Below are positions 19,090 through 29,204 of a stretch of 64,000 bases of DNA, piece by piece. Numbering within the stretch: position 1 is the stretch's first letter; every line of letters starts with the position of its first letter. Source of the stretch: a virus; the IMG/VR virus record IMGVR_UViG_3300035684_000003, positions 1,878-65,877 of that record. One strand, given 5' to 3'. The position numbers were made by a program, and so were the translations under genes. A model generated the notes under the pieces. That model did no database searches. It was given only the letters and a program-made list of their open reading frames with translations, and was not told where the DNA came from.

Positions 19090-19609
19090 TAAATACTTAA
19101 TCCTCGATAGTTCTGGCGTTGCCTACCGCGAAATTGAGGGCACCGTCCAAAGCCGAGGTGCTCAAGACAACGGCAAAATCCTCGCCCTCGGCACAGATGG
19201 CAAAATCGACCAGTCAATACTACCCACCGGGGTTGGTGCCGATACCTTGGTTGCTCCCGCATCAGAAACCCTGGCAGCGGGTGACTGGCTCAACGCCTGG
19301 AACGACAACGGAACCATTAAGTTTAGGAAAGCTGATGCCAGCTCAGGGGTTGGCAAGAGGGCCACTCACTTCACCCTTGCTGCAACGACGGCGGGGCAGA
19401 ACGCCACGGGTTACCCGGTGGGGTCAGGGACTAATTCAGCCCTATCGGGATTAGTTCCAGCTAGCGCCTACTTCCTCAGTAACACAACCCCAGGCGGGGT
19501 GACTCCGAACTTGATAACCACAAGCGGGCACCTTAACCAGTTCTTGGGCTTTGCTCGTAGCGCAACAGCCCTCGAATCTCGCCAAGGCTATGTAGTGGTC
19601 CGGGCTTAA
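19082..19609 (+). CDS. Putative head fibre/decoration protein
   Basis: GKILALGTDGKID...ASETLAAGDW...RKADAS...YFLS.TTPG. Confidence 0.55.
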   Translation: MADKYLILDSSGVAYREIEGTVQSRGAQDNGKILALGTDGKIDQSILPTGVGADTLVAPASETLAAGDWLNAWNDNGTIKFRKADASSGVGKRATHFTLAATTAGQNATGYPVGSGTNSALSGLVPASAYFLSNTTPGGVTPNLITTSGHLNQFLGFARSATALESRQGYVVVRA

Positions 19610-19659
19610 AAAGGGGAAAGGAAATTTTCCTCAAATCTTACCCCTTACCCTTTTGTCAG

Positions 19660-20085
19660 ATGGTAAAGCTCCTTGCCGATGGCGGCTCTTTCTTCCAAGA
19701 GTTTGAGAATGGTCAGGTGTTCTTGTCCTGCACGACGGTTCAAACCGCTACTCTTACCCCACTGTTGTCTCAGATCGCAATTCCGAATGGGGTTGCGATC
19801 GCATTCGACATCTTGATAGGTGGAAGGGGAATTTCAGGGGTCAACGTCGGCAAGGTTGGCTACTACCAGCTTGCAGGGATAGCCAAAAACATCGGTGGAG
19901 TTGCATCTGTTGTGGTCGGCGTCGGTGGTGTGGTTGGCGGCGTGATTCAGTTGGTGCAGATTGAAGAGGTGACTATCTGGAACGCTGTTGTTATCACGTC
20001 TGGAACAAACTTGAGCTTTCAGGTTAGCGGCGACACCGGGACAACCGTGCAGTGGAGAGCAGCCGGACAATTACTTTATATCTAG
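19660..20085 (+). CDS. Hypothetical beta-rich protein
   Basis: V/G/I-rich 141-aa ORF. Confidence 0.5.
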   Translation: MVKLLADGGSFFQEFENGQVFLSCTTVQTATLTPLLSQIAIPNGVAIAFDILIGGRGISGVNVGKVGYYQLAGIAKNIGGVASVVVGVGGVVGGVIQLVQIEEVTIWNAVVITSGTNLSFQVSGDTGTTVQWRAAGQLLYI

Positions 20086-20090
20086 AAAAT

Positions 20091-22175
20091 ATGCTGACAA
20101 AAGAAGCGATCGCATTTGCTGAGTTGGGGAGGCTAGCGAGAGAATCAAACCTCTCTGAATCCCTCACAGATTCAAGGCTGTTGTCCGAAATCAAAGAGTT
20201 TTTAGAAGAAGGATTTGACAGTGGTATTGACCGAATCGTTAGTGCGACTCGACAAGCAAATGGCGATATTAAAGGAGTCTTTGAGGACAGTGTAGGGTTT
20301 AAGAGTCGCCGCTTCTCGTTCGTGGTCGATGATAACGGATACGGGTACAAGCCGATAAATCCCAACCCTAAGTTTACTGAGGAAGAGATTGAATTTGCCG
20401 CCAGTGGAAAACAACACAAGTGTAATCCGTCTAAGTCTCACCCCTGCAAAGGTCGCTGCATTTCTCTAAACAAGGAGTGCCGCCCAGACTCGACACCGGA
20501 GACTAAAAAGAAGGCTAAAGACATCAAGGATAAGGCTGCGGCTAGCGTAGGAGTATCCTCTAGAGCGCCAGAAGCTAAAGTAGCGATGCCTGACCCAAAA
20601 CAAAAAAAAGAGAAGCTCACTCAATTTCCTCAATCCAAGGTTGGCTCAATCAAATCTTATGAAGACTTTGAACCAGTTGCGCTCTATACAATCGCTAAAC
20701 TTTATAAAAACAGAGAAGGAACTGACAACTTTATTCCTATCTACAAAATCAGGAGAGAACTCGGTGAACTGGTAGACAGAAAACAGTTCCAAGAATATAT
20801 GTTCGCCATCCAAAATAAAAGAGCTGTTACGGTTTCTCAAGGGTCGGTTGAAGATAGCGCTCCTGATAAAATCGCTGATTCGCTGGTCACCAAAACGGGA
20901 ACAATCCGAACTCATATTGAGATTAAGGATACAAAAGAGCTAGATAAATACTTGACCCCAAGTATTAGGAAAAAAGTTGAAGAAACCTTGAAAGAGCGCC
21001 CTCCCCTTGACCCCGCAGGAAGGGCAGGGAAACTAAAAAATGGATCTAAGGTTAAAGACCAAGACGAAGCAGAGCGGCTTATTGAGGAAGCGAGAAAGCG
21101 AATCGATGAAGACTTCAATTATCAGGGTTCCGTTCCTATCGCCAAAGTTCGTCAAGCATTGGGCGATAGGATTGATGATTTTGACAGGGTTCTGAAAGAT
21201 GCCCAGGCAAGAGACAGGGTTACTCTTGAAACTGGGGCAGACGCCTCAGAAGAAGACAAAAAGGCGGGGATTAAAAACTCATTTGGGGAAATACGCTCTT
21301 ATATGCGGGTAGGGGATTCGCCTGCGTCCGCTATGACTTCGGCTGACCTTGGTAAGATATCTGCGCCATCACCCTCAACCGCCAAGAAAGCGACCGAGAC
21401 TAAACAGGTAGAACCAAAGCCTAAAAAAGAGCCGAAACCCAAGGCAGAGCCTAAAGCAGAGCCACCTAGAACACTCGCCAATCCGACACAGTTATCTACC
21501 TCCAGAGATAAGGCTCAAATCGCCGCCTCATTAGATGCCTGGAAAAAAGAGACCGAAAAAATGGATATTGTTAACAATATCTATGTACTAGAAAGCAAGA
21601 TAAACCGGACAAAACAATGGCTCAAAGACTTAACCCCACAGCAAAGAGAAAGTAAAGCGACTGACGTAGCAACTCTTGAATCTAGGCTGCTAAAGAGCGA
21701 GGACGAATTAAGACGCGGAAAAGAGTATTACAAAGATAATGAATATCTAAAAGTAGACCCTGCACGTTTTTCCGCTTCTCATGACATAAGCGAGTCTGTT
21801 TTAAAAGGAAGCGCCGACCGAGGGGTTAAGCAGTTTGGGGTGTACGACAAAAACGGGAATCTTCAAGCCGCCGCTAATTACTCCGTTAAGAAAAATAGCG
21901 TTTATATTGATGAGCTTGCAACAGCGCCTTGGAATATCAAAGCCGGAGGTGCAGATAATCGCTCAACAAAAGGAGCAGGAACTCAAGCCGTTGTTGAAGC
22001 GGTGCGTCTTAGTAGTGAATTAGGTAAGGGGGGTAGAGTTACGCTGGAGGCACTAGAAGATGCCAAACCGTTTTACGAAAAATTAGGTTTTAAGTCTAAA
22101 AAGAGTGATGATACTCAAATGGAATTGTCGCCCAAGGCAGCCAAGGAATTGTTAGCAAAAATGGGAATCGAATAA
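20091..22175 (+). CDS. Leader-family cargo protein with C-terminal GNAT acetyltransferase
   Basis: True start ATG 20091 (MLTKEAIAFAELG); IEF; Cys4 motif; YIDELATAPWN...KGAGT...AKPFYEKLGF. Confidence 0.8.
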   Translation: MLTKEAIAFAELGRLARESNLSESLTDSRLLSEIKEFLEEGFDSGIDRIVSATRQANGDIKGVFEDSVGFKSRRFSFVVDDNGYGYKPINPNPKFTEEEIEFAASGKQHKCNPSKSHPCKGRCISLNKECRPDSTPETKKKAKDIKDKAAASVGVSSRAPEAKVAMPDPKQKKEKLTQFPQSKVGSIKSYEDFEPVALYTIAKLYKNREGTDNFIPIYKIRRELGELVDRKQFQEYMFAIQNKRAVTVSQGSVEDSAPDKIADSLVTKTGTIRTHIEIKDTKELDKYLTPSIRKKVEETLKERPPLDPAGRAGKLKNGSKVKDQDEAERLIEEARKRIDEDFNYQGSVPIAKVRQALGDRIDDFDRVLKDAQARDRVTLETGADASEEDKKAGIKNSFGEIRSYMRVGDSPASAMTSADLGKISAPSPSTAKKATETKQVEPKPKKEPKPKAEPKAEPPRTLANPTQLSTSRDKAQIAASLDAWKKETEKMDIVNNIYVLESKINRTKQWLKDLTPQQRESKATDVATLESRLLKSEDELRRGKEYYKDNEYLKVDPARFSASHDISESVLKGSADRGVKQFGVYDKNGNLQAAANYSVKKNSVYIDELATAPWNIKAGGADNRSTKGAGTQAVVEAVRLSSELGKGGRVTLEALEDAKPFYEKLGFKSKKSDDTQMELSPKAAKELLAKMGIE

Positions 22176-22327
22176 TGGTTGATAAAAAATTTATTAAAGA
22201 AGTTCAATATTTAGAGGATAAACAATTTCCTCTTGTTGGAACATATCGCAAGCCTGAACCGTTTAAAAGTATGGAGGAAGCTTTAAAAGCATTAAATGAA
22301 GGGGGGAGTGTTCTTCCCCGCCAGTGA
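22175..22327 (+). CDS. 50-aa ORF coupled to the GNAT gene (candidate immunity), not in the ORF track
   Basis: TAATG stop/start overlap; MVDKKFIKEVQYLEDKQFPLVGTYRKPEPFKSMEEALKALNEGGSVLPRQ. Confidence 0.55.
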   Translation: MVDKKFIKEVQYLEDKQFPLVGTYRKPEPFKSMEEALKALNEGGSVLPRQ

Positions 22328-22407
22328 TGACGGGGATTTCTATCTATAGTCTTTGATGCAAGCGGGGGAGGATGTCAACAAAGGAAATTTTCCTTATGTC
22401 CCACCAT

Positions 22408-22776
22408 TTAATCTTCGTCCTCATAACCCTGGTAAGTGGAAATTCCCATCGGAGAAGGGGGCGAGTGCTGACCGCTGGTGACGGTAGTCGAGCGAATAGG
22501 CGGTAACTCCCATAGAGTAACGGGTTCAGGCTTGTGATTTGTCCCAAACGCTGTTGCCACATCTTGCGTCACTGGAGTAATGCAGTAGACAGCGCTAGCT
22601 GAATAGAACTGAGTCGCAATAGCCACGCCTTCTGTGTTTACAACATCAATTCTGATAAACGCCTCTCCCGCTATTGTTTGTTCAGACAGGTAGCCGCCAA
22701 GCTTGCGGTGCCCCATTAACTCAATAATCGACCAGCCTTCATAAATTCCTTCTGTCTTGGTATTTTGTTCGCTCAT
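22408..22776 (-). CDS. Conserved hypothetical phage protein
   Basis: W.IIELMGHRKLGG...AFIRIDV...TQFYSASAVYCITP. Confidence 0.65.
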   Translation of the reverse strand: MSEQNTKTEGIYEGWSIIELMGHRKLGGYLSEQTIAGEAFIRIDVVNTEGVAIATQFYSASAVYCITPVTQDVATAFGTNHKPEPVTLWELPPIRSTTVTSGQHSPPSPMGISTYQGYEDED

Positions 22777-22818
22777 GTGGGTGCGTCCTGTGTAAAATTC
22801 ATCCTCAAAGATTGCATT

Positions 22819-23037
22819 TTACTTGCAAATCCATTTCCAAAAATCGAACAACGACAACCCATAAGCTCCTGCGATCGCCTCTGCATATTCCGCCGTTAGG
22901 GATGTCCGCCCCATCTCTAGGCGGCGAATCGTGTCATAGCTGACATTCAGTGCTACTGCCAGCTTTTCTCGGCTCCAGTATTTTTCTTGGCGCAGAGCGA
23001 TGAGCCGACTTCCATAATCAATTTGTAATATTTGCAC
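22819..23037 (-). CDS. XRE-family HTH regulator
   Basis: LIALRQEKYWSREKLAVALNVSYDTIRRLEMG. Confidence 0.85.
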   Translation of the reverse strand: MQILQIDYGSRLIALRQEKYWSREKLAVALNVSYDTIRRLEMGRTSLTAEYAEAIAGAYGLSLFDFWKWICK

Positions 23038-23114
23038 GGCAACTAAGTCTAATTCTTTCCAATTTTAAAGGATGGAGAAATTAATCTGAAGGCTGATGGA
23101 TTTTTTAAACCTTC

Positions 23115-24506
23115 ATGTCCGATGCGTTGAAGTGGCTAGAAATATTCAGGTCAGGCAAGCGAACCTCGTCTAATGGGGTGACTCGCGATTATTCCGCTTC
23201 AGATTTAGACCAAGCGGTTGAAACCTACAACCCCGACAATTTCAAAGCTCCGCTAATCGTCAGCTACCCAGCACACAACACTGGGAGCTATTCAGACAGT
23301 GACTTACACAAAAGCCAGTTGGCATTCGGCTACCCCGAAAAGCTCAAGCGAGTAGGCGACAAGCTCATGGGCGGGTTTGAGAAAATTTCCCCCAAAGTGG
23401 GCGAGTGGATTCGCAATGGGGAAATTTTAGGATTTAGCAGCAGCTTCTACCTACCTAACTCCCTTTATAATCCCTATCCCGGTAAGCTCTCCTTGCGCCA
23501 CGTCGCCGCCTGCGGAATCGACCCGCCAGCGGTCAAAGGAATGTCCCTCCCGGATAACTTCACCCATCCAATTGCAGAATTTGAAGATTACTCAGAAGAC
23601 CAAGACGACACAGTCGAGTTTGGACTGGGAGCCGAAGCGGACGAGGAAACCCTTGAAAATGCGCGGATTGGAATACAGGTTTGGAATGCCTTAAAAAATG
23701 TTGCGAGCTTCTCTGACGCCGCCTCCTTCATGGCAATGGGAGATGGACACAGCCCAATCGCCTCCCTGTTTAAAGACTTTTATCAACGCTCCCGCGACCG
23801 GTTTATTGAGGAGAAAGGGGTGGAAGAGGCGGACAAGATTTATCCCACCTATGTATTAGACCAGCTTGCCGTGGTGACCTCTCAGCCCTCTCCCGCCTTT
23901 GCTACTTGGGATGATATCTCGCGGCTGCAATCTCAAATCGACCGATTGAGGATGTCAGGTGGCGACGAAGAGACGGAGTCCAGCAACTTAAAGGATTTCT
24001 TGAACGACTACAGCGAGGAGGAGGAATTTATGCCAAGCGAAGCCGAATTTGAGGAGATGAAGGAGCGACTCGACGACTTAGAGACAAAAGCTAGGTTGTT
24101 GACGCGTGAAAACCAACGCCTGAACGCCGAACGCGAGACGGATAGAGTCACCGCTTTTTGCGAGCAGTTAGTTCGCGATCGCAAATTACTCCCCACCCAA
24201 AAAGACAAGGAAGTTCGCTTCATCCTTTCTTTGGATAACGCCAGCACTGCCGACTATGGGGAAGAGGGTGAGCTTACCCCTCGCGATGCCTACATGAATA
24301 AGCTCTCTGGTGGGCGGGAACTTTGGTCTAACAAGCAGATGCCTATTGGTCCAGAAGACGCGCCGATATTTTCGGAAAAAGCTCCCGATGGCTTCGACGC
24401 TAAAAGTGCTGCTCAAGGCAGACAAATTCAGTCTTACGCCAAAGAACATAATCTCAGTTTCACTGAAGCGATGGACGCCCTTATTGAATCCGGAGCGTTG
24501 AGATAA
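23115..24506 (+). CDS. Mu-like prohead protease/scaffold (gpI-like)
   Basis: WLEIFRSGK...APLIV...FG....L...SSSFY...LRHVAACGIDPPAVKGM followed by an acidic coiled-coil scaffold. Confidence 0.85.
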   Translation: MSDALKWLEIFRSGKRTSSNGVTRDYSASDLDQAVETYNPDNFKAPLIVSYPAHNTGSYSDSDLHKSQLAFGYPEKLKRVGDKLMGGFEKISPKVGEWIRNGEILGFSSSFYLPNSLYNPYPGKLSLRHVAACGIDPPAVKGMSLPDNFTHPIAEFEDYSEDQDDTVEFGLGAEADEETLENARIGIQVWNALKNVASFSDAASFMAMGDGHSPIASLFKDFYQRSRDRFIEEKGVEEADKIYPTYVLDQLAVVTSQPSPAFATWDDISRLQSQIDRLRMSGGDEETESSNLKDFLNDYSEEEEFMPSEAEFEEMKERLDDLETKARLLTRENQRLNAERETDRVTAFCEQLVRDRKLLPTQKDKEVRFILSLDNASTADYGEEGELTPRDAYMNKLSGGRELWSNKQMPIGPEDAPIFSEKAPDGFDAKSAAQGRQIQSYAKEHNLSFTEAMDALIESGALR

Positions 24507-24856
24507 TGGCAATCAAGCAAAGCGTTGTCAACTTAAATATTGTTGCTACAACCGCAATCACCAAAAAGCGTTTCATCAGTCGCACCGGGGCACAAGCTAC
24601 CGCCAATCAAAACACTATCGGCGTTTCTGACTATACGGTTAGTCCGGGGGAGACTGCCCTTTGCGACCACTTGGGCGTGACGATGGTGGAAGCTGGAGCC
24701 GCAATCCCCGCCAATGCCACCGAGCGGCAATTACAGACCGACGCGGAGGGGAGAGCCGTCCCGTTTACGACAGGTCCGGCTGTAGCTTTATTACTGCCTA
24801 GCGAGTCAGCCAACGCAGCAGGGCAACTCATCAGCGTTATTTTGATATCGAACTAG
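24506..24856 (+). CDS. Capsid cement/decoration protein (DUF2190-like)
   Basis: IGVSDY...GE...LGVTMVEAGAAI...DAEGRAV; lies between protease and major capsid. Confidence 0.75.
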   Translation: MAIKQSVVNLNIVATTAITKKRFISRTGAQATANQNTIGVSDYTVSPGETALCDHLGVTMVEAGAAIPANATERQLQTDAEGRAVPFTTGPAVALLLPSESANAAGQLISVILISN

Positions 24857-24863
24857 GGGAAAT

Positions 24864-25865
24864 ATGGTCGTAGAATTTGCCCATGAGGGGATGAACAGGC
24901 TGGAGGTTAAGGCGGGGTACAACATGGTACTCAGCACCTATGCCACTGGCTACACCAACGCCGAATTCAAAGGGCGCTACCTTTCCCCATTTGCAGAAGT
25001 TCCAGCGCGGACTGGAACTGTTATTGAGTTTGATGATTCAGCCTTTGACCCCGCCGAAGATGACCGCGCCGATGGTGGACCGTTCAACGAAATCCAAGAT
25101 GGATACGAGGGGCATCCCTTCAACCTGAGAAACAAAGGACTAGCTTACAAAGTCCCCGTCGAACATGAGGAAGAAGCGGCAACCGCCAACATTAATCTAG
25201 GGAAACGGGCCAGCAACTCCTTAATGCGTCGCTCTGCCCTCAATATCGAGCTGGAGCAAGCCCGAATCGCTCGAAATCCCGCCAACTACAACGGACTGGT
25301 TACCGCCCTTTCGGGAACGAGCCAATTCAGTGACCCAGGTTCTCGCCCCGACCAAGTCATCGAAACGGCAAAGCTTGCGATCGCATCCCGTACCGGACGC
25401 AAACCCAACGTAATCCTTGGTGGCGAGCAAGTGGTCAGCGCTCTCAGAACTCACCCCTTGGTTCGCGCCAACTTCCAGCCAACCTCATCAATGGCGATTG
25501 ACGAGAAGATGCTCGCCCAATACTTCAACGTTGCTCGTTTCGTCTCCGCTGAGGCGGTTTGGAGAAACAAAGCCACAGGAACGCTGGAATTTATCTGGGG
25601 TAAAGACTTGATTCTTGCTTATGTCAATCCCAAAGCATTTGAAGGCGATGCAGACGGACGAATCCCTTACGCGGTCAACAACGACGTTGACCGGATGGCA
25701 GAGCCATCAAAATTCTACACTTACGTCCTCAAAGGGGTTCCGAAAGTTTCCAATGCCTTTTGGTGGGAAATGAACGACTCTTGGTATTACAAAATTCGGT
25801 TTGAACGCCAGCACTATGTGACGGGAATGGATAGCGGATATTTAATCCAAAATGCCATCGCCTAA
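24864..25865 (+). CDS. Major capsid protein
   Basis: 333 aa; LSTYATGY.NAEF.G..L.P...E.EQARIA...GRKPNVILGGE..SALRTHP. Confidence 0.85.
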   Translation: MVVEFAHEGMNRLEVKAGYNMVLSTYATGYTNAEFKGRYLSPFAEVPARTGTVIEFDDSAFDPAEDDRADGGPFNEIQDGYEGHPFNLRNKGLAYKVPVEHEEEAATANINLGKRASNSLMRRSALNIELEQARIARNPANYNGLVTALSGTSQFSDPGSRPDQVIETAKLAIASRTGRKPNVILGGEQVVSALRTHPLVRANFQPTSSMAIDEKMLAQYFNVARFVSAEAVWRNKATGTLEFIWGKDLILAYVNPKAFEGDADGRIPYAVNNDVDRMAEPSKFYTYVLKGVPKVSNAFWWEMNDSWYYKIRFERQHYVTGMDSGYLIQNAIA

Positions 25866-25984
25866 AAAGGGCAAAGGGGAAAGGTTAAAGGGAAAAGGAA
25901 AATTTCCTTAAAATCTTCCCCCTGCCCCTAATCCCCAAAAGGGGCTCCAAGTTCCCCTTTAACCCTTAACCCTTCCCCATCCCT

Positions 25985-26386
25985 ATGCCAAAATACGAAG
26001 TCATTGAAGCGGTAAACCACAATCTCAAAGATTACAAACCCGGAGACACTTTGGAGCTTGAGGAGAGTCAAGCGGAGTCGCTCTTAGCCCTAGGGAAAAT
26101 CAAGGCACCATTTAGCACTCGCGAAAGTACGCTTCCCCCCACGCAACCATCGGGGGGAGTTGCAGCAACGCCTGAAGCTGATTTACTCCAAAACCCGATA
26201 TCCCGCGCCGAACGCGAAGCCCAGTTAAGGCAACTCTTCGCCACTCAAGGATGGAAGGGTATCCAACCCATTGCTCAAGAGCATGGTATCTCCAAGCCTG
26301 TCAAAGGGTGGGATGAGGCGATTCCTATGATTCTGGAGAAGGAATTCCCCCCCAACAACGAGCAGCCCTTAAGCGTCGGGGGATAG
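25985..26386 (+). CDS. Hypothetical head-associated protein
   Basis: YEVIEAVNHN...YKPGD.LEL N-terminal motif typical of post-capsid genes. Confidence 0.6.
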   Translation: MPKYEVIEAVNHNLKDYKPGDTLELEESQAESLLALGKIKAPFSTRESTLPPTQPSGGVAATPEADLLQNPISRAEREAQLRQLFATQGWKGIQPIAQEHGISKPVKGWDEAIPMILEKEFPPNNEQPLSVGG

Positions 26387-26516
26387 GAGGAGGTTAAAGG
26401 GAAAAGGGGAAAGGTTAAAGGGAAAAAGGAAATTTTCCTTCAACCTTTAACCCTTACCCCTTACCCCTCCCTCTTCCCCTTAACCCTTAACCCTTCCCCC
26501 TTAACCCTCCCCGAAA

Positions 26517-26960
26517 ATGCTCTACATCACTCCCACTGACATGGAAACGCTGTATGCTTACGACCCGCAGATTCTGATTCAAGCGACCAACTACAGCGAT
26601 CGCACCTCAAACACCATCAACGAGGAAGTGTTGGCGGGTGCCTGCCAAGTAGGCAGCGACATTGTTAGCAGCTATTTGCAATTAATTCCAGTCAGGGGAT
26701 TCAGGGATGAATTCCTTGGGGTGGTTCGGGTTCATGCGGCGAGGCTGGCGTTAGACCAGCTAGCGGCATCTGACCCACAGATTCGAGAACAAGCTAAGGA
26801 GTCTTTGGAGTGGCTTAAATCGCTCTCTAGGTTAAGCAATGAAGATTTGGAGAATATTAGCGGGCCATCAGAGGATGGGGACGCTGGTACAACTGTTGTT
26901 GGACCTGCCATGAGCGTCAGCTTTGTGGAAGAAGGCAGGCGTTGGGAGGTAAGTTTTTGA
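26517..26960 (+). CDS. Head-tail adaptor (Mu gp36/DUF1320-like)
   Basis: YITPTDM...L.Q.T...INEEVL..A...S..V.SYL...LEWLK. Confidence 0.75.
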   Translation: MLYITPTDMETLYAYDPQILIQATNYSDRTSNTINEEVLAGACQVGSDIVSSYLQLIPVRGFRDEFLGVVRVHAARLALDQLAASDPQIREQAKESLEWLKSLSRLSNEDLENISGPSEDGDAGTTVVGPAMSVSFVEEGRRWEVSF

Positions 26961-27652
26961 GATTCTCACATTTTGTCGAGCGATTGCGACAAATCAACCC
27001 CCGAATTACCCAGACTCAAGCAAGAAGAGTGTGGGAAGCCTTTTTGCCATTCCCCATAGAAGAAGCGATAAATGGCCGCATTGCTTCAGTTGGGGTGCGA
27101 TCGCTCAACTTAATGAGCGACCCTTACGGCAACGAGTCGAGGGGCAGAACTCAGGCGGCTCACTGGGTGGCATACCAAGGCAGTTCTTATCCAGATAGCG
27201 GCAGCGCATTACTTCCAGGGGAATCGCACCGACAGCCAAGAGAACTGGAATTCCACCACTATGTGGAGGTGGAAGATTTACGCCGCGACTATCAAGCGTG
27301 CTTACTGTTACACGAATGGCTGATGGCAATACTCGCGGGTTTTTGCCCTCCTGGCGTGCCGGGGGTAGCTAGTCCCTTAAAGCTTGTTGGGGATGGCTTA
27401 ATAAGTTCGCGCTCTGAAGGTGAAACTCTTTATCGCTACCGAGGGCAGTACAAGATTACCTGCAATTGGAGACCCGCCGACGTTCCGGGATTGCTCGACG
27501 TTTCGGGATTACTGGGTGAAACCGGCGACGGAGTAGATTTGTTCGTCCCAGAAGCTCTAGCCGTGGGAATATTCCGCTCCCCAGTGGAGCAAGTTGGAGA
27601 GTCGCCCGTCAGTCCGAAGTTTACTGACTTGGAGGTCGAAAATGAACCATAG
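26942..27652 (+). CDS. Putative neck/tail-terminator protein
   Basis: Position after the gp36-like gene; LAGFCPP, YRYRGQYKIT. Confidence 0.5.
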   Translation: MGGKFLRFSHFVERLRQINPRITQTQARRVWEAFLPFPIEEAINGRIASVGVRSLNLMSDPYGNESRGRTQAAHWVAYQGSSYPDSGSALLPGESHRQPRELEFHHYVEVEDLRRDYQACLLLHEWLMAILAGFCPPGVPGVASPLKLVGDGLISSRSEGETLYRYRGQYKITCNWRPADVPGLLDVSGLLGETGDGVDLFVPEALAVGIFRSPVEQVGESPVSPKFTDLEVENEP

Positions 27653-29204
27653 TCAAATCCTGGCATTTGCGGAACTAGGAAATACATTCAAGCGGCGTCG
27701 CTCGCATGGAATAGTGTCGCATTCAGAACCCGTCACTAATCCAGGGGTCATAAGCTACGTGTCGGCAGTGGTAGGTTCCATGATTAAAGAGCGCAATTTA
27801 AGTATTGGCAAAATCACCCTCAATGGCGACACGTTTACGGGTGTGGCACAAACCAAAGTGTCGCCACGCTTAACTAAGCGCTTCAAGTTTGAGATTTCCC
27901 CGGATAGTAAAACTTTTGGAGCTATCAATACAGAAGAAATAGAAGCATTTAGCGAGATTGTGGAATTCAGGGGGAAAGGTTCGAGGGCAGGGAAAACTCT
28001 CAACTGCAAAGTTGCACAGTGCGGTGGCAGATGTTTGAAGGCAGGGGAAGAGTGCCGACTGACACGAACAGATGCAGAAAAGCAGGCTCACTCTGCTGCC
28101 CTAAAAAAGACTAAATCTCCGAACGCTTCCAAATCGGAGCAAAAGGTGGAAGAGAAGAAACCCGATAAGGCAATCGATGCTCCTCCTCCAGTGGTAACAG
28201 GTGGGCTGGTTCGCGTATCGAATCAGCTCACTAAGTCTGGTGACTCTAAAAATAACAATCAACCTTCTGCTAGAAAAAGCGCAAAACAAGAAGATATCGA
28301 TAATAAGTATGCTTCTGCCTCACCCACGGGGAAAGACATTGAGGCATGGAAAAAAGATACCCTCATCTCTCATGCCAGTCCAGAAAGCTTGGCTCAAAAG
28401 GACATGATAGATAAATATCTTCTTGATGGGGGAAAGCGTTCTTGGGATGGCTTGCCCGATTATGTCAAAAAAACGGCTGTAGACAAAGACTCGCTGATAG
28501 ATTCAACCGTTCGCTTTCAAAGAGAACGCGATGAATCTTTTATCCCAAGATGGGAAAGTTACACAAAGTACTCTCCCGCTGAGAGAGAGAAAATAGAAAA
28601 AAAGATAGCCAATCCTCGCACAAAAGAGGCTGATAAAAAAAGGCTTTCTCAAGACCTCAAGGATGACCGCGTCGCCGCCGAGGCATCAGCAAAACGCCAC
28701 CTAGAAAGAGAGAAAAAATCAGACGAGCAGCTAAAAAAAGAGCTAAAAAAAGAATTTGACGAGGCAGCGGAAGCTAAGCAGGCTGAATCAAAAAGGATTC
28801 GGGATAAAATTGAGGCTGGAGACAAAGCGACAATTCAAGACCAAGCAAACCAAACTTTCAAACTCTTTAATTTTGAAGGCACAAAAGGGCAGCCCAGCAC
28901 CGTCAAAGCGCAGAATGAAGCTATTAAGAAGCATTTAAAAAATGCAGCCAATCAAGATACTCCCCGAAAACTTTTAAAAATAAGCTCTAACGCTTCCGTT
29001 GCCGACATTAAAAAAGCTTATAGAAGCGCCGCTGCCAAAGCTCATCCAGATGCAGGGGGAAGCGCGGAAGAATTCCGCAAAGTTAACGAGGCTTTCACTC
29101 AACTGCGACAAGAAATGGATTTTGCCGACTTCTGGGAATTAATGGAATTTCAAGAATCAATTACGTTTAACGAGTTCAATTCAGGCATCTGGGAGGACGC
29201 ATGA
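27642..29204 (+). CDS. Leader-family cargo protein with C-terminal DnaJ J-domain
   Basis: ATG 27642 after GGAGG; ILAFAELG; VEF; Cys4 motif; LLKISSNAS.ADIKKAYRSAAAKAHPDAGGSAEEFRKVNEAF. Confidence 0.8.
   Translation: MNHSQILAFAELGNTFKRRRSHGIVSHSEPVTNPGVISYVSAVVGSMIKERNLSIGKITLNGDTFTGVAQTKVSPRLTKRFKFEISPDSKTFGAINTEEIEAFSEIVEFRGKGSRAGKTLNCKVAQCGGRCLKAGEECRLTRTDAEKQAHSAALKKTKSPNASKSEQKVEEKKPDKAIDAPPPVVTGGLVRVSNQLTKSGDSKNNNQPSARKSAKQEDIDNKYASASPTGKDIEAWKKDTLISHASPESLAQKDMIDKYLLDGGKRSWDGLPDYVKKTAVDKDSLIDSTVRFQRERDESFIPRWESYTKYSPAEREKIEKKIANPRTKEADKKRLSQDLKDDRVAAEASAKRHLEREKKSDEQLKKELKKEFDEAAEAKQAESKRIRDKIEAGDKATIQDQANQTFKLFNFEGTKGQPSTVKAQNEAIKKHLKNAANQDTPRKLLKISSNASVADIKKAYRSAAAKAHPDAGGSAEEFRKVNEAFTQLRQEMDFADFWELMEFQESITFNEFNSGIWEDA

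Noticed and set aside
20052-20090. ORF-track starts at 20052 and 27594
   Set aside because: The family leader, and for 27642 an upstream GGAGG, place the starts at ATG 20091 and ATG 27642.
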